A stretch of 32,000 bases of DNA from Candidatus Heimdallarchaeota archaeon (GCA_030614005.1 JAUWKS010000002.1:1-32000), one strand, 5' to 3'; positions 18,601-27,255 are shown, counted from the stretch's first letter. The notes: generated from the letters alone by a model not told the origin. Numbers and translations: made by a program.

Positions 18601-19870
18601 CAGTTATGCCAAATCATTAAGAAAAGTATATCGGGCAAGATTTTCAGAGTTTGCTAAGAAGGTATTTGTACCTTTAGGAGAATTCATTGATGAAATGACT
18701 GTTATGGATGATGCACTAAACCTTTCTGTAAAACTCCTAAAAGATCGAATTGAAAACCCCTCAATTCGAATTGACAATATAGTGCTCAAACTTTACGATT
18801 ATGGAATTATTGCACGAAAAATCGAATTTGCTAATAAAGGTACTCTACAAACTGCCAGTGGAGATTTAGTAGATTATTATTATTTGAAAATGCCTTCCGG
18901 AAGACAAAAACAATTAATTTACGACCTTGTATCTGATTTTTTGGATTCAGAAGAACTTCCAATTCAATTAATATTTGTTTCAGCGTGGGCTAGAACTGGA
19001 TGGGATGTACGAACACCAGATATTCTTATCGATGCTACAGCAACTCGAGACGTTACAGCGTGGCAACAATTACGTGGACGAGCTATGAGAGCTTTAGAGA
19101 GCTGGACAATAGACTGCTATAAAACAATTGCAGTATTGCTCGGAAAAGCTGGGACAGCTAATCAAATTTTTGAAAGATTACCACTTGAAATGCAACAAAA
19201 TTTTCAAAAGATTCGGAAAGAATTTACTCCTAAAAAAGAGTTAACGTCAGAGATGATTGATTTACTTGATGTTTCTATAGATGAATCCAAACTTCCTTCT
19301 GAAGAAAAAGTAGTTCTAAAAGCAAAAGTAAATGAGGGATCATTAGATAAACTTTCTACAAATGAACGTATGAAATTAATCATTTATCTAATGCTCTCTA
19401 AAAACAAAGTTGCGCATATTTTCGAGATGGTAAAAGCATCTGGTTCAACAAAACAAGTTGAATTTAATAAAAAAGATGGTCTCTGGCGCAGAAAAGCAGC
19501 AATAGCTAAGAAGCATAGAGATGAACCTATTTTACCTGTACCTGGAGCTGAACGACGACGTGGAAAATATATTGCCCCACTTGTTTACTCAAAAGATCCT
19601 ACAATGGATACACCAGCAGAAGTAAAAACTACCTTAAAAAATCTATTACAAGGATTAGATGAAGATTTACTTGATAATTGGGTTCTATCCTTAGTAGAAG
19701 AAAACGTTGCAGATGAAAGTGTAACTGCAAATTCTGAAGTAGATCAAGAACGGAAAAAACTCGAAGAGCTAGCTCTCCGAGAGGAGAGAATGAAAAAAGT
19801 AGAAGTTGATGGAGTATCTGAAGATATATTAAGGGAGTTCCTAAGTGGAATTGATTCAATAGAATTCTAA
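15644..19870 (+). CDS. Large SF2 (DEAH, ResIII/XPB-like) helicase with long N-terminal extension and insertions
   Basis: Q-motif PRPYQ, motif I SPTGSGKT (~aa 461), Ia LVLVPT, II DEAH (~577), III SGT (~613), V TGWDV (~1118), VI QQLRGRAMR (~1141). Likely start ATG 15653. Confidence 0.9.
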   Translation: MQNMFKRFFGWIKKVFRKVKIEPETPIEDISTTEEDEVVDETIYMEEYSPDIFAVTEGDQPLFDEEKDLERQVIELKKTKEVTQSVDDILNQISSEEDIFQVLGADDFWNATGYCTTVQEKFSKVLQENDVEQQLKYFWRTNKMYMRSVEAYRDALAQNDMLRGRVMLLNIRMLYDVLIEMRRLNSKVIPKPQTIDMEMRKEYVKDVLVEILEKSNIPLSIKEILEEVQKGEEKFVLELLRAESIQFYLETLVEEEFIKRIERVIDLAPPPLPYIPAEITAAIPDTIFEYTFAPDVKMYRREDIGREELSALFPPEIYKGLQENGFYRIEDVYGKLDELQKILLEKLHFEPDMTTISIGILRERIGREEARPKKVDLDEQKSLISKRLKDKELQKKSEKTTPEDVEIKEKVATATKVKKPKSNILKIPHQDIINSPIPRPYQLEAYYMFKGEKYNGNIIDSPTGSGKTLMGMMCIQDWIRKLRFNESILVLVPTQNYQSQWVDSICFNEIGLQISPSFVFSGTITQLENFIQKTREIPPIIILTYTSLAQVLGAKTKKEKELRQLINWLGIRHVIFDEAHKIVEQEGSATNEVAKRLVKIFKGAHIENLIGFSGTAKAYEKDFKKLKLKLIYIVPEKELIIHGFVAPIAELGVTFAYSGREKAIRELHNELKMNMKQLWNYFGDNNLRREFQKIPMNDRLFICKELLGMYQSYRRDMVNEKLKSKFLDWAPNREKGPLSLIDTNLVQAVQIYNGWSDISLAYNSQHTNAAREIVEETEQLVMRLEKLIRIPSLQKMIKSEKYGKRMPKRKTFYDIRKESKDRRETSKKVRNIMCSSMVGIYKALDTWARTKIGEGRVGTFQSIINAEEEIRDVKGVVIFDTGRTIKVEDDTGIGSPGFSGVGGSFAQSLSTNILRYNPIAVQSSEMYISFNPDLEKPLHVMMAEYVRNEVIVGKLTERIFMELIFELPFQEQLSNFMYLTFKELMSSYAKSLRKVYRARFSEFAKKVFVPLGEFIDEMTVMDDALNLSVKLLKDRIENPSIRIDNIVLKLYDYGIIARKIEFANKGTLQTASGDLVDYYYLKMPSGRQKQLIYDLVSDFLDSEELPIQLIFVSAWARTGWDVRTPDILIDATATRDVTAWQQLRGRAMRALESWTIDCYKTIAVLLGKAGTANQIFERLPLEMQQNFQKIRKEFTPKKELTSEMIDLLDVSIDESKLPSEEKVVLKAKVNEGSLDKLSTNERMKLIIYLMLSKNKVAHIFEMVKASGSTKQVEFNKKDGLWRRKAAIAKKHRDEPILPVPGAERRRGKYIAPLVYSKDPTMDTPAEVKTTLKNLLQGLDEDLLDNWVLSLVEENVADESVTANSEVDQERKKLEELALREERMKKVEVDGVSEDILREFLSGIDSIEF

Positions 19871-19913
19871 GAACGACTTTCTATTTTCCTTTTCAAAATT
19901 GAAAATCAGTTTG

Positions 19914-20282
19914 TTAGTCTTTGATTGCAAATAGTATTTTTGGACGTCCTCGTTTGTTTGTTCTAATTGGTTTTTTCTCAATATGTCCTTTCATAATCAT
20001 TTTCGATAATACATCATACAAAGTTGTTCGGGGGATATTTGTTAAAGAAACTAAAGTACCTCTAGTGATTGGACCTTTGTTTTCGAGTATGTCAAGAAGA
20101 AATTCTTCGATAGGAATTTGCTTATTTGCTTCCTCTTCTTCTCCATAAACAAATGCCGTTCTTTGACTATAAACAATCATATCCTTAGAAATTTCAGTTT
20201 CCTCTAGGCTCTTTCGTATCAATTTACTTATATCGTCGCTTATATGTAAGTCCCTGCTGCTCAATGATATAACAACCCACAA
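19914..20282 (-). CDS. TrmB-like winged-helix DNA-binding protein
   Basis: GPITRGTLVSLTNIPRTTLYDVLSKMIMKGHIEK...RGRPKILF. Start uncertain. Confidence 0.75.
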   Translation of the reverse strand: MWVVISLSSRDLHISDDISKLIRKSLEETEISKDMIVYSQRTAFVYGEEEEANKQIPIEEFLLDILENKGPITRGTLVSLTNIPRTTLYDVLSKMIMKGHIEKKPIRTNKRGRPKILFAIKD

Positions 20283-20538
20283 TGATTTTTTATAAAAGTA
20301 CCATAAAGTTAGTTAGTAATAAACCTTATGTGACCAGTCGATAATTAACTGATAAGATAGGTTTTGACATCAAATAAAAAGGTATACAAATTATACAGAC
20401 AAAAAAATCATCCTTTAAATAGGATAAACTGAAGTTCTCAATGAATATCAAACAAGAGCAATTGTAAAAGGTTTTAAACAAAGTATACTCACTAATTGCA
20501 TAGACAATCGACATATTAATAGTAGCAATCACTTCACG

Positions 20539-20892
20539 GTGAGAAATATGAACACGAAAAGTGGAAGTTCAGAAAAAATGTTTGGAGAATATATTGATTT
20601 TGTTACTTCTAAAGCAGATTCTAGTACTGCAACTGATAGTACGAAAATAACAGGTAAAGCACTGAATTTCACTTTAAATAATATTGGACGGTGGTCTCTT
20701 GAAGAGAAAAAAGCAGCTGTTTGTATGATTTGTAAGCTTTACTTGAAATCAAATCAGAATGCTACACAATGCCCTATGTGTGAATCAATGTTTCATCACA
20801 AACATATTACAGATTGGCTTAGGGTAAAGGGAAAATGCCCTGTCTGTCAACAGAATCTTCGAATAGAAAGTCTGCAAAGAGTTAATCTTTAA
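20539..20892 (+). CDS. RING-finger protein (putative E3 ligase-like)
   Basis: C-x2-C-x12-C-x2-C-x4-H-x2-H-x3-W-x6-CPVC at the C-terminus. Confidence 0.85.
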   Translation: MRNMNTKSGSSEKMFGEYIDFVTSKADSSTATDSTKITGKALNFTLNNIGRWSLEEKKAAVCMICKLYLKSNQNATQCPMCESMFHHKHITDWLRVKGKCPVCQQNLRIESLQRVNL

Positions 20893-20921
20893 AGATTATT
20901 TGAATTTAACGAATCAAAGAG

Positions 20922-21545
20922 TTGGTCATAAAAATGAATAATAGTTCCAAAAAGAAACAGGAATTTAAAATTGATACTATCAAAACTCCAAAAGGAAATG
21001 TTCCAACTGTAGAAAGTTTCCATAAAGTAATAGATGGGTTATTCGGTGAGGTATTGGATACAAGAAAAGATATTGCTAAACTTATACCCAATCTTGAAAA
21101 GGAATTACAAAATCTTAAAGAAATTCTAGCTCAACAAATGGTGCTTTCCGAAATAATCAATGATAACATCAATAAAATTGAGAGAGTATTGAAGAATCAA
21201 GGAAAGGAAATTGCTAAAGTGCATCAAGCAACAGAACTAGCTGGCAGCGGAAATCTTACTGAAGTAGGCTTATCCAATGAATCAATCCGAGCAGTTAGAA
21301 AACTAATTCAAACTGAGTTAGTAAAAGGAGTAAAACCAATTAATGATTCTTTGAAACAACTTGATAGAGAAATTACTAGTGCAAATAGAGAGATAATGAA
21401 AACAGTTGAAAGAAGTTTGGAAAATATTAAGGATCAAATAGACGATTTATCATCCAAAACTGAACTACAGATGCTGGAAATCGTAGAAAGCTTAAATCAG
21501 ACTCCTGCTAAGACATCAAAAACAAAGAAGAAACTAACATCATAA
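20922..21545 (+). CDS. Hypothetical coiled-coil protein
   Basis: Two heptad-rich helical segments separated by a Gly-containing linker; 29 nt after the RING gene. Confidence 0.7.
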   Translation: MVIKMNNSSKKKQEFKIDTIKTPKGNVPTVESFHKVIDGLFGEVLDTRKDIAKLIPNLEKELQNLKEILAQQMVLSEIINDNINKIERVLKNQGKEIAKVHQATELAGSGNLTEVGLSNESIRAVRKLIQTELVKGVKPINDSLKQLDREITSANREIMKTVERSLENIKDQIDDLSSKTELQMLEIVESLNQTPAKTSKTKKKLTS

Positions 21546-21614
21546 TTAGAATGATAAAAAGAAAAGAAAAATATAACTGGATTTTTTTACTTGGGTAGGA
21601 TAAATGATAAAGAT

Positions 21615-21634
21615 AGGGTTAAAGAAATAACCCT
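21615..21634. terminator. Short hairpin between convergent genes
   Basis: AGGGTTA-AAGAAA-TAACCCT, 7-bp stem abutting the minus-strand stop. Confidence 0.3.
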
Positions 21635-22056
21635 TATGGTATCTCTAAAACAGAGATATCAACTTTCGATACACCATCTATGTCAGTTAACTCTTCTTTG
21701 ATAGTTTCCATATTGACATTCTTGAATTCTTTCGAGTCAATATAACCTTCATAGACACAGCTTTCTTGAGTAAAGCATAATCCAGTGGAATATAATGTTT
21801 TTATACCCGCTTTCATGAAAAGAGAGCCCATTTTCTTCAAAAAGTCAGGACTTAATTTTCCGATCTCGATTCCTACTTTGTACACTTTGTCACTAGTTGT
21901 AGGAATTATTCTAATAATTTTCGTACTAGGGGCGAGAATCATAACCGCATAATTTCCTTCTTCAGGCTTCAACGCATCTAAGAAAGTCTGGGGAAGTTGA
22001 ATGGGTTGCCCTACTTCAAGCTTACACATCTTTGCTACAGTTACTTCAGTTGTCAT
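21634..22056 (-). CDS. AbrB-like swapped-hairpin + ACT-like domain protein
   Basis: GQPIQLPQTFLDALKPEEG (AbrB-like); C-terminal ...LYSTGLCFTQESCVYEGY...IKEELTDIDGVSKVDI (ACT-like); AAGGAG SD upstream on the minus strand. Confidence 0.6.
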   Translation of the reverse strand: MTTEVTVAKMCKLEVGQPIQLPQTFLDALKPEEGNYAVMILAPSTKIIRIIPTTSDKVYKVGIEIGKLSPDFLKKMGSLFMKAGIKTLYSTGLCFTQESCVYEGYIDSKEFKNVNMETIKEELTDIDGVSKVDISVLEIP

Positions 22057-22360
22057 TACTGCCTCTCCTTCAAGAGAATTTTAAATTAATTGCTTTATTA
22101 AAAATATCCTTTGCTTGCTTATTAGTTTTACCTTTGTATACTATCTTATACACTTTTTCTTTTAAAAACTTAATCGAAAGCGCATGGTTTTAATGGTTTT
22201 TTAAGGAATTTTGTGATAAAAAAGGCCAATTTCTTGGTATCTCTCTTTTATCATATCCCTAATAGTTACTAAAAAAAAGAACAGAACTGATTATTAAAGG
22301 AGAATATTATGTGGATAATTTGATACTTTAAATTGGTCACCTAAAGATATAAGTATTATA

Positions 22361-23161
22361 GTGCGTTATAAACTTGTTAAAGGACGTATAAGAGATTATA
22401 ACGACAATCAATATAGGAGTTTGAATGCTCTGTCTGGCAGTAAAAAATATCGTGAAAAACGATTATCGCTTCTAATGCATCCTCTTCGAAGAGAGATTTA
22501 TCAACTAGTCTGTGAGACCCCAGGATCCTATTTTTATGAAATTGTTTGTGCTTTAGCAGCACCTCAGGGAACATTATCTTGGCATCTCCGAATGCTTGAA
22601 AAAGATGGTTTCATCAAATCGGATAAATTTGGTGGAAAGAGATTATTTTTCCCAAAAATGCTTCGTTCAGAATCAGCAGAACGTGCTTTTGCGATACTAA
22701 AAAATAATACTGCAGCAAAAGTTTTCGATCAAATAGTGAATAATTCCGGTTGTTACCAATCTGAAATAGCAGAAAAATTAGGTATTCATCATGACACAGT
22801 TCGTCATCATATTAATCGATTAGCAGAAGCAGAATTAATCGAAGTCATTCGAGATGGTAGGATGGTAAAGTATTTTCCAGGAGAGTTAGGTAAAGAGCTA
22901 ATAGCTGGAAGTCTCAATGTTCTTACAGAAAGATACGTCCAGTTTCTAATTGAAAAATTAGAAGAGGGATGTATGACTCCTGAAATAGTTGAAAGATCTC
23001 AACATACTATGTCTCTACGTATTGAATGTCCCAATTCAGAGGATATTTTTATGAAAATTGAACTCGGTCCTTGGGAAACCAAAACTGTTGGTGATGATGA
23101 AGAGGATGATGAAGACGAAGAAGATAATTACAAAGAAGAAAAGAATGATCAAGAAAACTAA
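22361..23161 (+). CDS. Tandem winged-helix (ArsR/MarR-like) transcriptional regulator with acidic tail
   Basis: RREIYQLVCETPG...GTLSWHLRMLEKDGFI and IVNNSGCYQSEIAEKLGIHHDTVRHHINRLAEAELI; D/E-rich C-terminus. N-terminus uncertain. Confidence 0.85.
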   Translation: MRYKLVKGRIRDYNDNQYRSLNALSGSKKYREKRLSLLMHPLRREIYQLVCETPGSYFYEIVCALAAPQGTLSWHLRMLEKDGFIKSDKFGGKRLFFPKMLRSESAERAFAILKNNTAAKVFDQIVNNSGCYQSEIAEKLGIHHDTVRHHINRLAEAELIEVIRDGRMVKYFPGELGKELIAGSLNVLTERYVQFLIEKLEEGCMTPEIVERSQHTMSLRIECPNSEDIFMKIELGPWETKTVGDDEEDDEDEEDNYKEEKNDQEN

Positions 23162-23217
23162 ATTACCAAATCCAAAAATTATTTCTTTTATAGTAAAAAA
23201 AGTAAAAGATTAGAAAA

Positions 23218-23997
23218 TTATTTCAATTTTCTAAGTGTCTTTTTCAATTCCTCATATGCAGCTTCCCAATTCTTAATTTCTTCCGAAAGTTCTACCTTTT
23301 CATCGTCATATTCTTCTTCAGAAAGCTCACCTGTTGATTTCCGAACAAATAATGTTTCCAGAAACTCTCTTTTCTCGCCAAGTTCTTTTTTAAGTTGATC
23401 TTTCCAGCGTTCCATTTTGATTAATTCAGTAGTGATTTGTTTGTCTGAATCAGAGATAGTGGCTTTATATTCACGCTTCATTTTCTCGTAAGTTTTCTGA
23501 CTAATGCTTTTCTCTTTCTTCAAACCTTCAAGCTTGGATAAATGGTCTTCACTATCATCTTTTTTCTTCATTAACTCGAAAATAGGTATTTGAGTACTCC
23601 CTTTCGCAATCTTTTTCTTATCAAGTCTGATTTCTACAAAGCGCATATTGAGTTCAGTTACTCGCTCTTTTGCATCTTCTTTTGGAATGAGACCAACTTT
23701 TACTCGTTCTTCAAGATTCTCAATTTCTTCTAGAATTTCTTCCATTTCCTTATCTATGATTATTAATCGACCTTTAATAGATAAAGCATGGACAATCTCT
23801 TGATCAATGAGAATTTCTTCTGATGATTCGTCATCCTCTGAACCATAACTCATAGAAGACGAATGCATTTCTTTTTGAGTTTGGGATGCTTTTCTCTGCT
23901 GGAAAAGATCTTTCGACAATCTTGCACCACATGATTTGCAGAATGTAAAATTCGGCAAAACGGGTTTACCACAAACTGGACATCTATATTCTACCAT
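23218..23997 (-). CDS. Double Zn-ribbon + CdvA-like/SHOCT-repeat coiled-coil protein
   Basis: CPVC-x9-CKSC; three repeats: VKVGLIPKEDA, KEKSISQKTY, STGELSEEEY, within coiled coil. Confidence 0.65.
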   Translation of the reverse strand: MVEYRCPVCGKPVLPNFTFCKSCGARLSKDLFQQRKASQTQKEMHSSSMSYGSEDDESSEEILIDQEIVHALSIKGRLIIIDKEMEEILEEIENLEERVKVGLIPKEDAKERVTELNMRFVEIRLDKKKIAKGSTQIPIFELMKKKDDSEDHLSKLEGLKKEKSISQKTYEKMKREYKATISDSDKQITTELIKMERWKDQLKKELGEKREFLETLFVRKSTGELSEEEYDDEKVELSEEIKNWEAAYEELKKTLRKLK

Positions 23998-24249
23998 TTT
24001 TTTCTACCTTTAGTTATTTATATAGAATCATTTAACAACTAACTAAAAAAAGAATTGCTTTTAGGATTATTTACTTTTTTTCATATCTTTCATCAAATAC
24101 AAGTACTTTCCAAGCAGTTTATAATAGCAAATTATTAAAATTGCTCTTTTATTTACTAGCGAATAACAAGATTTTTATCATTATTTACTCGAAAAATGAC
24201 AAACTTTAAATGACACTTCATCTCGTGAAGTAGTTGTGAGTTGATACAC

Positions 24250-24795
24250 ATGGCAAGAAGACCCGCTCGTTGTTATACTAAAATTACAGGACCACCCTAT
24301 ACTCGAAAAAAATATGTTCGAAGTATTCCAGTTTCTAAAATCACTAGTTTTGAAGCTGGAAACAAAACTGGCACATTTCCAATTTCTGTTTCCCTTTATT
24401 CCAAGGAAGCATGCCAAGTTCGACATGTTGCTTTAGATGCAGTAAGAATGATGACCAATCGACATATGGGAAAGAAAGCAGGTGCAGAAAACTACCACCT
24501 TGTAATTAGAATATATCCCCACCATATCTTGCGTGAAAATAAAATGATGGCTTTTGCCGGTGCAGATAGGTTACAGGATGGTATGCGACGTTCTTTTGGT
24601 AAGCCAATGGATCTTGCAGCAAGAATAAGAGCAAATCAAGCATTAGTAACAATCCATACTTTTCCACAATTTGTAGAGAATGCTTATAGAGCATTAAAAA
24701 TGGGTGGAGATAAATTACCTACTCCATATTCATTAAAAATTGATGTCGGAGAAGAAATATATAAAAAACATAAAATGACAAAAGAAAAAGCTTAG
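24250..24795 (+). CDS. rpl10e: Large-subunit ribosomal protein L10e (uL16)
   Basis: MARRPARCY, YPHHILRENKMMAFAGADRLQDGMRRSFGKP, ALKMGGDKLP; ATG 24250 preferred over TTG 24241; T-tract after the stop. Confidence 0.97.
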   Translation: MARRPARCYTKITGPPYTRKKYVRSIPVSKITSFEAGNKTGTFPISVSLYSKEACQVRHVALDAVRMMTNRHMGKKAGAENYHLVIRIYPHHILRENKMMAFAGADRLQDGMRRSFGKPMDLAARIRANQALVTIHTFPQFVENAYRALKMGGDKLPTPYSLKIDVGEEIYKKHKMTKEKA

Positions 24796-24985
24796 TTCTT
24801 TTTCCTTTTTTTTATTTCTAAATTATTTATTCCTCACAATTTTCGATTTTACCTTGATTTCAAGATAATATCCATATATGCTTTTGATAATCTCAACTTA
24901 CATTTTATTAAACATACTACTCTCAAATGAGGATTGGATACTTAATACTAGAAAAAACAGCTGCATAACCCTCAGGAAAACTATC

Positions 24986-25387
24986 ATGGAATTTATCTGT
25001 GCAAAATGTAATGCTAATCTCGAAAAAAATGCTGATTTGCTTGTTGTTGGTTGCTCAAAGTGTGGTTCAAAAGTATTTAAAACCATCACAACAAATATTG
25101 AAAAACCTGCTGTAATAAAAACAATTCCAAAAGTTTTACGTGAAACAATCGAAGATTATTCAGTAACTAAATATGAAATTATTCCAAAACTGATAAGAGA
25201 GGATGCAGAAGAAGAAAGAACAAGGGAATTAGAGGCTGATAATATACCAGCAATAAAACTAAGGAAAAAGGGAATTTATGATGTTAATCTAGATTCGCTC
25301 TTTAGAGATAAAAAAACAGATCCAATTGTTTTAAGTGGAAAGCAAGGAATATATCGAATAGAAATGATTCCTGCTAAAGAAAAATAG
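24986..25387 (+). CDS. OapC/DUF2072-like Zn-ribbon protein
   Basis: CAKC...LVVGCSKCGSKVF and C-terminal IKLRKKGIYDVNLDSLF...GIYRIEM; ATG 24986 preferred. Confidence 0.75.
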   Translation: MEFICAKCNANLEKNADLLVVGCSKCGSKVFKTITTNIEKPAVIKTIPKVLRETIEDYSVTKYEIIPKLIREDAEEERTRELEADNIPAIKLRKKGIYDVNLDSLFRDKKTDPIVLSGKQGIYRIEMIPAKEK

Positions 25388-25410
25388 AATAAGGAATTTT
25401 GGAAAAACCC

Positions 25411-25887
25411 TCAGTTTTTCGGATTTAACAAATATAATTCCATTTCTTTATCTTTTGTACGGAAAATTGCTGGTCGAGTTTCAACTAAGTATATTTCTAA
25501 TGTAACTGAAACAATTCCTTCCACAAGATGTCCACCAACAGCTTTACCGTCTTTTTCACCAACAATGATGTGAATATGAGCAATAGGTTCTTTTGTGTCT
25601 TTATTAATTGCAATATTTCCAGTACAAGCTATAACCTCAACTTCATCAAAAGGAGTATTAAGGTATTTCTTCTTACCAACATCAAAATAACCATACTTGC
25701 CTTTTTCAAGAGCACCAATTGCTGTTAGAAAACCACCTGTTATTTTTTGTTCTTTAACATAGTGAATAATACTTGAAAGTACTTCATCGCCTTTTTCCAG
25801 CTTGATCATATGAACCTTTTGTTGTTCCATTATCATAGTTTTCATTTTCATCAACCTTTGAATTGTATATACTATTAAAAATTTCAA
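25411..25887 (-). CDS. PPC domain (DUF296) protein
   Basis: IKLEKGDEVL, AIGAL, GNIA, HIHIIVG...GGHL; true start probably a downstream Met. Confidence 0.92.
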   Translation of the reverse strand: MKFLIVYTIQRLMKMKTMIMEQQKVHMIKLEKGDEVLSSIIHYVKEQKITGGFLTAIGALEKGKYGYFDVGKKKYLNTPFDEVEVIACTGNIAINKDTKEPIAHIHIIVGEKDGKAVGGHLVEGIVSVTLEIYLVETRPAIFRTKDKEMELYLLNPKN

Positions 25888-25916
25888 TCTTTTTGTTATT
25901 CATTAAAAACTCAATT

Positions 25917-27125
25917 CTAAGAAGTCAGCTGTTCTCTAAGAGTAGAAATTTGTTTTCTAATAGTTACTAGTTCTTTATTTATAAGTTGGATATTCTCATC
26001 GAATTCCAATTTGCTTTTTAATCCTTCTTGAAATTCAGTTTCATTTTTTTCAATTGCTTTCTCTAAACGATATTTTTCCGCCTCAAGAGTGAGAAGGTGC
26101 ATATATGGATCGCCCCCAGCAGTTGGTTGGGAACTGACAATAGAGTTTTGTTGCTTTAAAATCTCAGAAGGTTTCACCAATGAATCCTTTTCAGCTAATT
26201 TTTGTGTATCAAGTGATTCTTCAGATTGAATAGGTACTTCTTCTATTGAAGTTTCTTCAGAAATAATTGGTAGAACAATTTCAGCTTCAGCATTCGATTG
26301 CGAACGCTCTTCTTGAGATAATTGCTTTACAAAAGAAGAAATTTGTTTTTTTGTTTCTTCCTCTGCTTCGGTAATTATGGACCTCATTTGAGATAGCACA
26401 GTTTCTGGAGCACTCTCTGGAGTTCTCTTCTCAGAGAGTTTCTGAATTGTTGCTGTTGCTTGGAATGATGAATCCTCTTCTTGCTCTTGAACTGAAACAT
26501 TTTCTTTTACCAAGGATTTAATCACAGGGGGAAGAACCTCTTCCTCTTCTAAGTCTTCTTTTGTCTGCTGAAGGTCATGTTCAATAGGAAGCATTACAGG
26601 AGGATCAATTGTTTTATCTTGGTCTTCTTCTATTTCTTTCACAATTGGTTCGGTTTGTTGTACAATGACCGAATCTTTTCTCTCCTCTGTATCATGGGAA
26701 TCTGAAACAGCAGGTTTTTCTTTTACCAAAGTGCTCATTAGTGAACGTAAATCAGTTAATTCGGATTTTAGAGCAGCTAATTCATCTTTTATTTGGGATG
26801 CATCAGAAGAATCAGTTCTTGTAAATACTACACTCTTAGATTGCACAATAACTTTGATTACAGTATCATTTAGTTGCTTTTGATGTCTAAACCACTGTTT
26901 ATGTGGATTCCAATCAAGTACCTTATCCCTTGTAGAAGTTAGAAGTTCAATGAATTCGCTATTTGTTTCTTTCTCACCAATTAATGAAGCTTCTAAAGAA
27001 GAGATAATATCAATAATGGCTATACGTAATTCTGCTTCTTGGCTGGAGTGAGATTCTCCTTTAACTAAAATAGCATGCATTTCTTCTAAACTAGTGACGT
27101 TTTTTTGGAAAACTTCCTCTGTCAA
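25917..27125 (-). CDS. Hypothetical protein: helical N-domain, acidic disordered middle, C-terminal coiled coil
   Basis: 402-aa ORF, TTG start with AGGTG SD-like motif; E/S/P-rich centre; C-terminus LTLEAEKYRLEKAI...EFQEGLKSKLEF. Confidence 0.75.
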   Translation of the reverse strand: MTEEVFQKNVTSLEEMHAILVKGESHSSQEAELRIAIIDIISSLEASLIGEKETNSEFIELLTSTRDKVLDWNPHKQWFRHQKQLNDTVIKVIVQSKSVVFTRTDSSDASQIKDELAALKSELTDLRSLMSTLVKEKPAVSDSHDTEERKDSVIVQQTEPIVKEIEEDQDKTIDPPVMLPIEHDLQQTKEDLEEEEVLPPVIKSLVKENVSVQEQEEDSSFQATATIQKLSEKRTPESAPETVLSQMRSIITEAEEETKKQISSFVKQLSQEERSQSNAEAEIVLPIISEETSIEEVPIQSEESLDTQKLAEKDSLVKPSEILKQQNSIVSSQPTAGGDPYMHLLTLEAEKYRLEKAIEKNETEFQEGLKSKLEFDENIQLINKELVTIRKQISTLREQLTS

Positions 27126-27255
27126 AGGTAAAACACCTGGCGTTATTAATTATCTATGTCTTCTTGTTATTTCTAGCTTTGTATATGAATATATGAGTTT
27201 TGATAGAATAAAATAAAGAAAGAAAAATAAGAAAAACATCTTGTTTTTTGAATGG

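Noticed and set aside
11833-19870. Integrated plasmid or virus explanation for the ParM-like locus
   Set aside because: No integrase, transposase, replication initiator, att repeats or visible compositional shift. An ancient acquisition cannot be excluded.
15644-19870. Type I/III restriction enzyme or defence-system call for the helicase
   Set aside because: No methyltransferase or specificity gene is adjacent and I found no clear PD-(D/E)xK or HNH motif.
21781-21790. TCCAGTGGAA, resembling the core of an archaeal origin recognition box
   Set aside because: Single copy inside a coding region, no G-string, no cdc6/orc1 nearby.
23093-23160. GAT/GAA repeat-like tract (similar tracts at 28929-28950)
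   Set aside because: Encodes acidic protein tails; not a DNA repeat element.
24215-24231. ACTTCA-TCTCG-TGAAGT hairpin upstream of rpl10e
   Set aside because: Only 6 bp, and it lies immediately after a TATA-like TTTAAA, so probably upstream of or at the transcription start.
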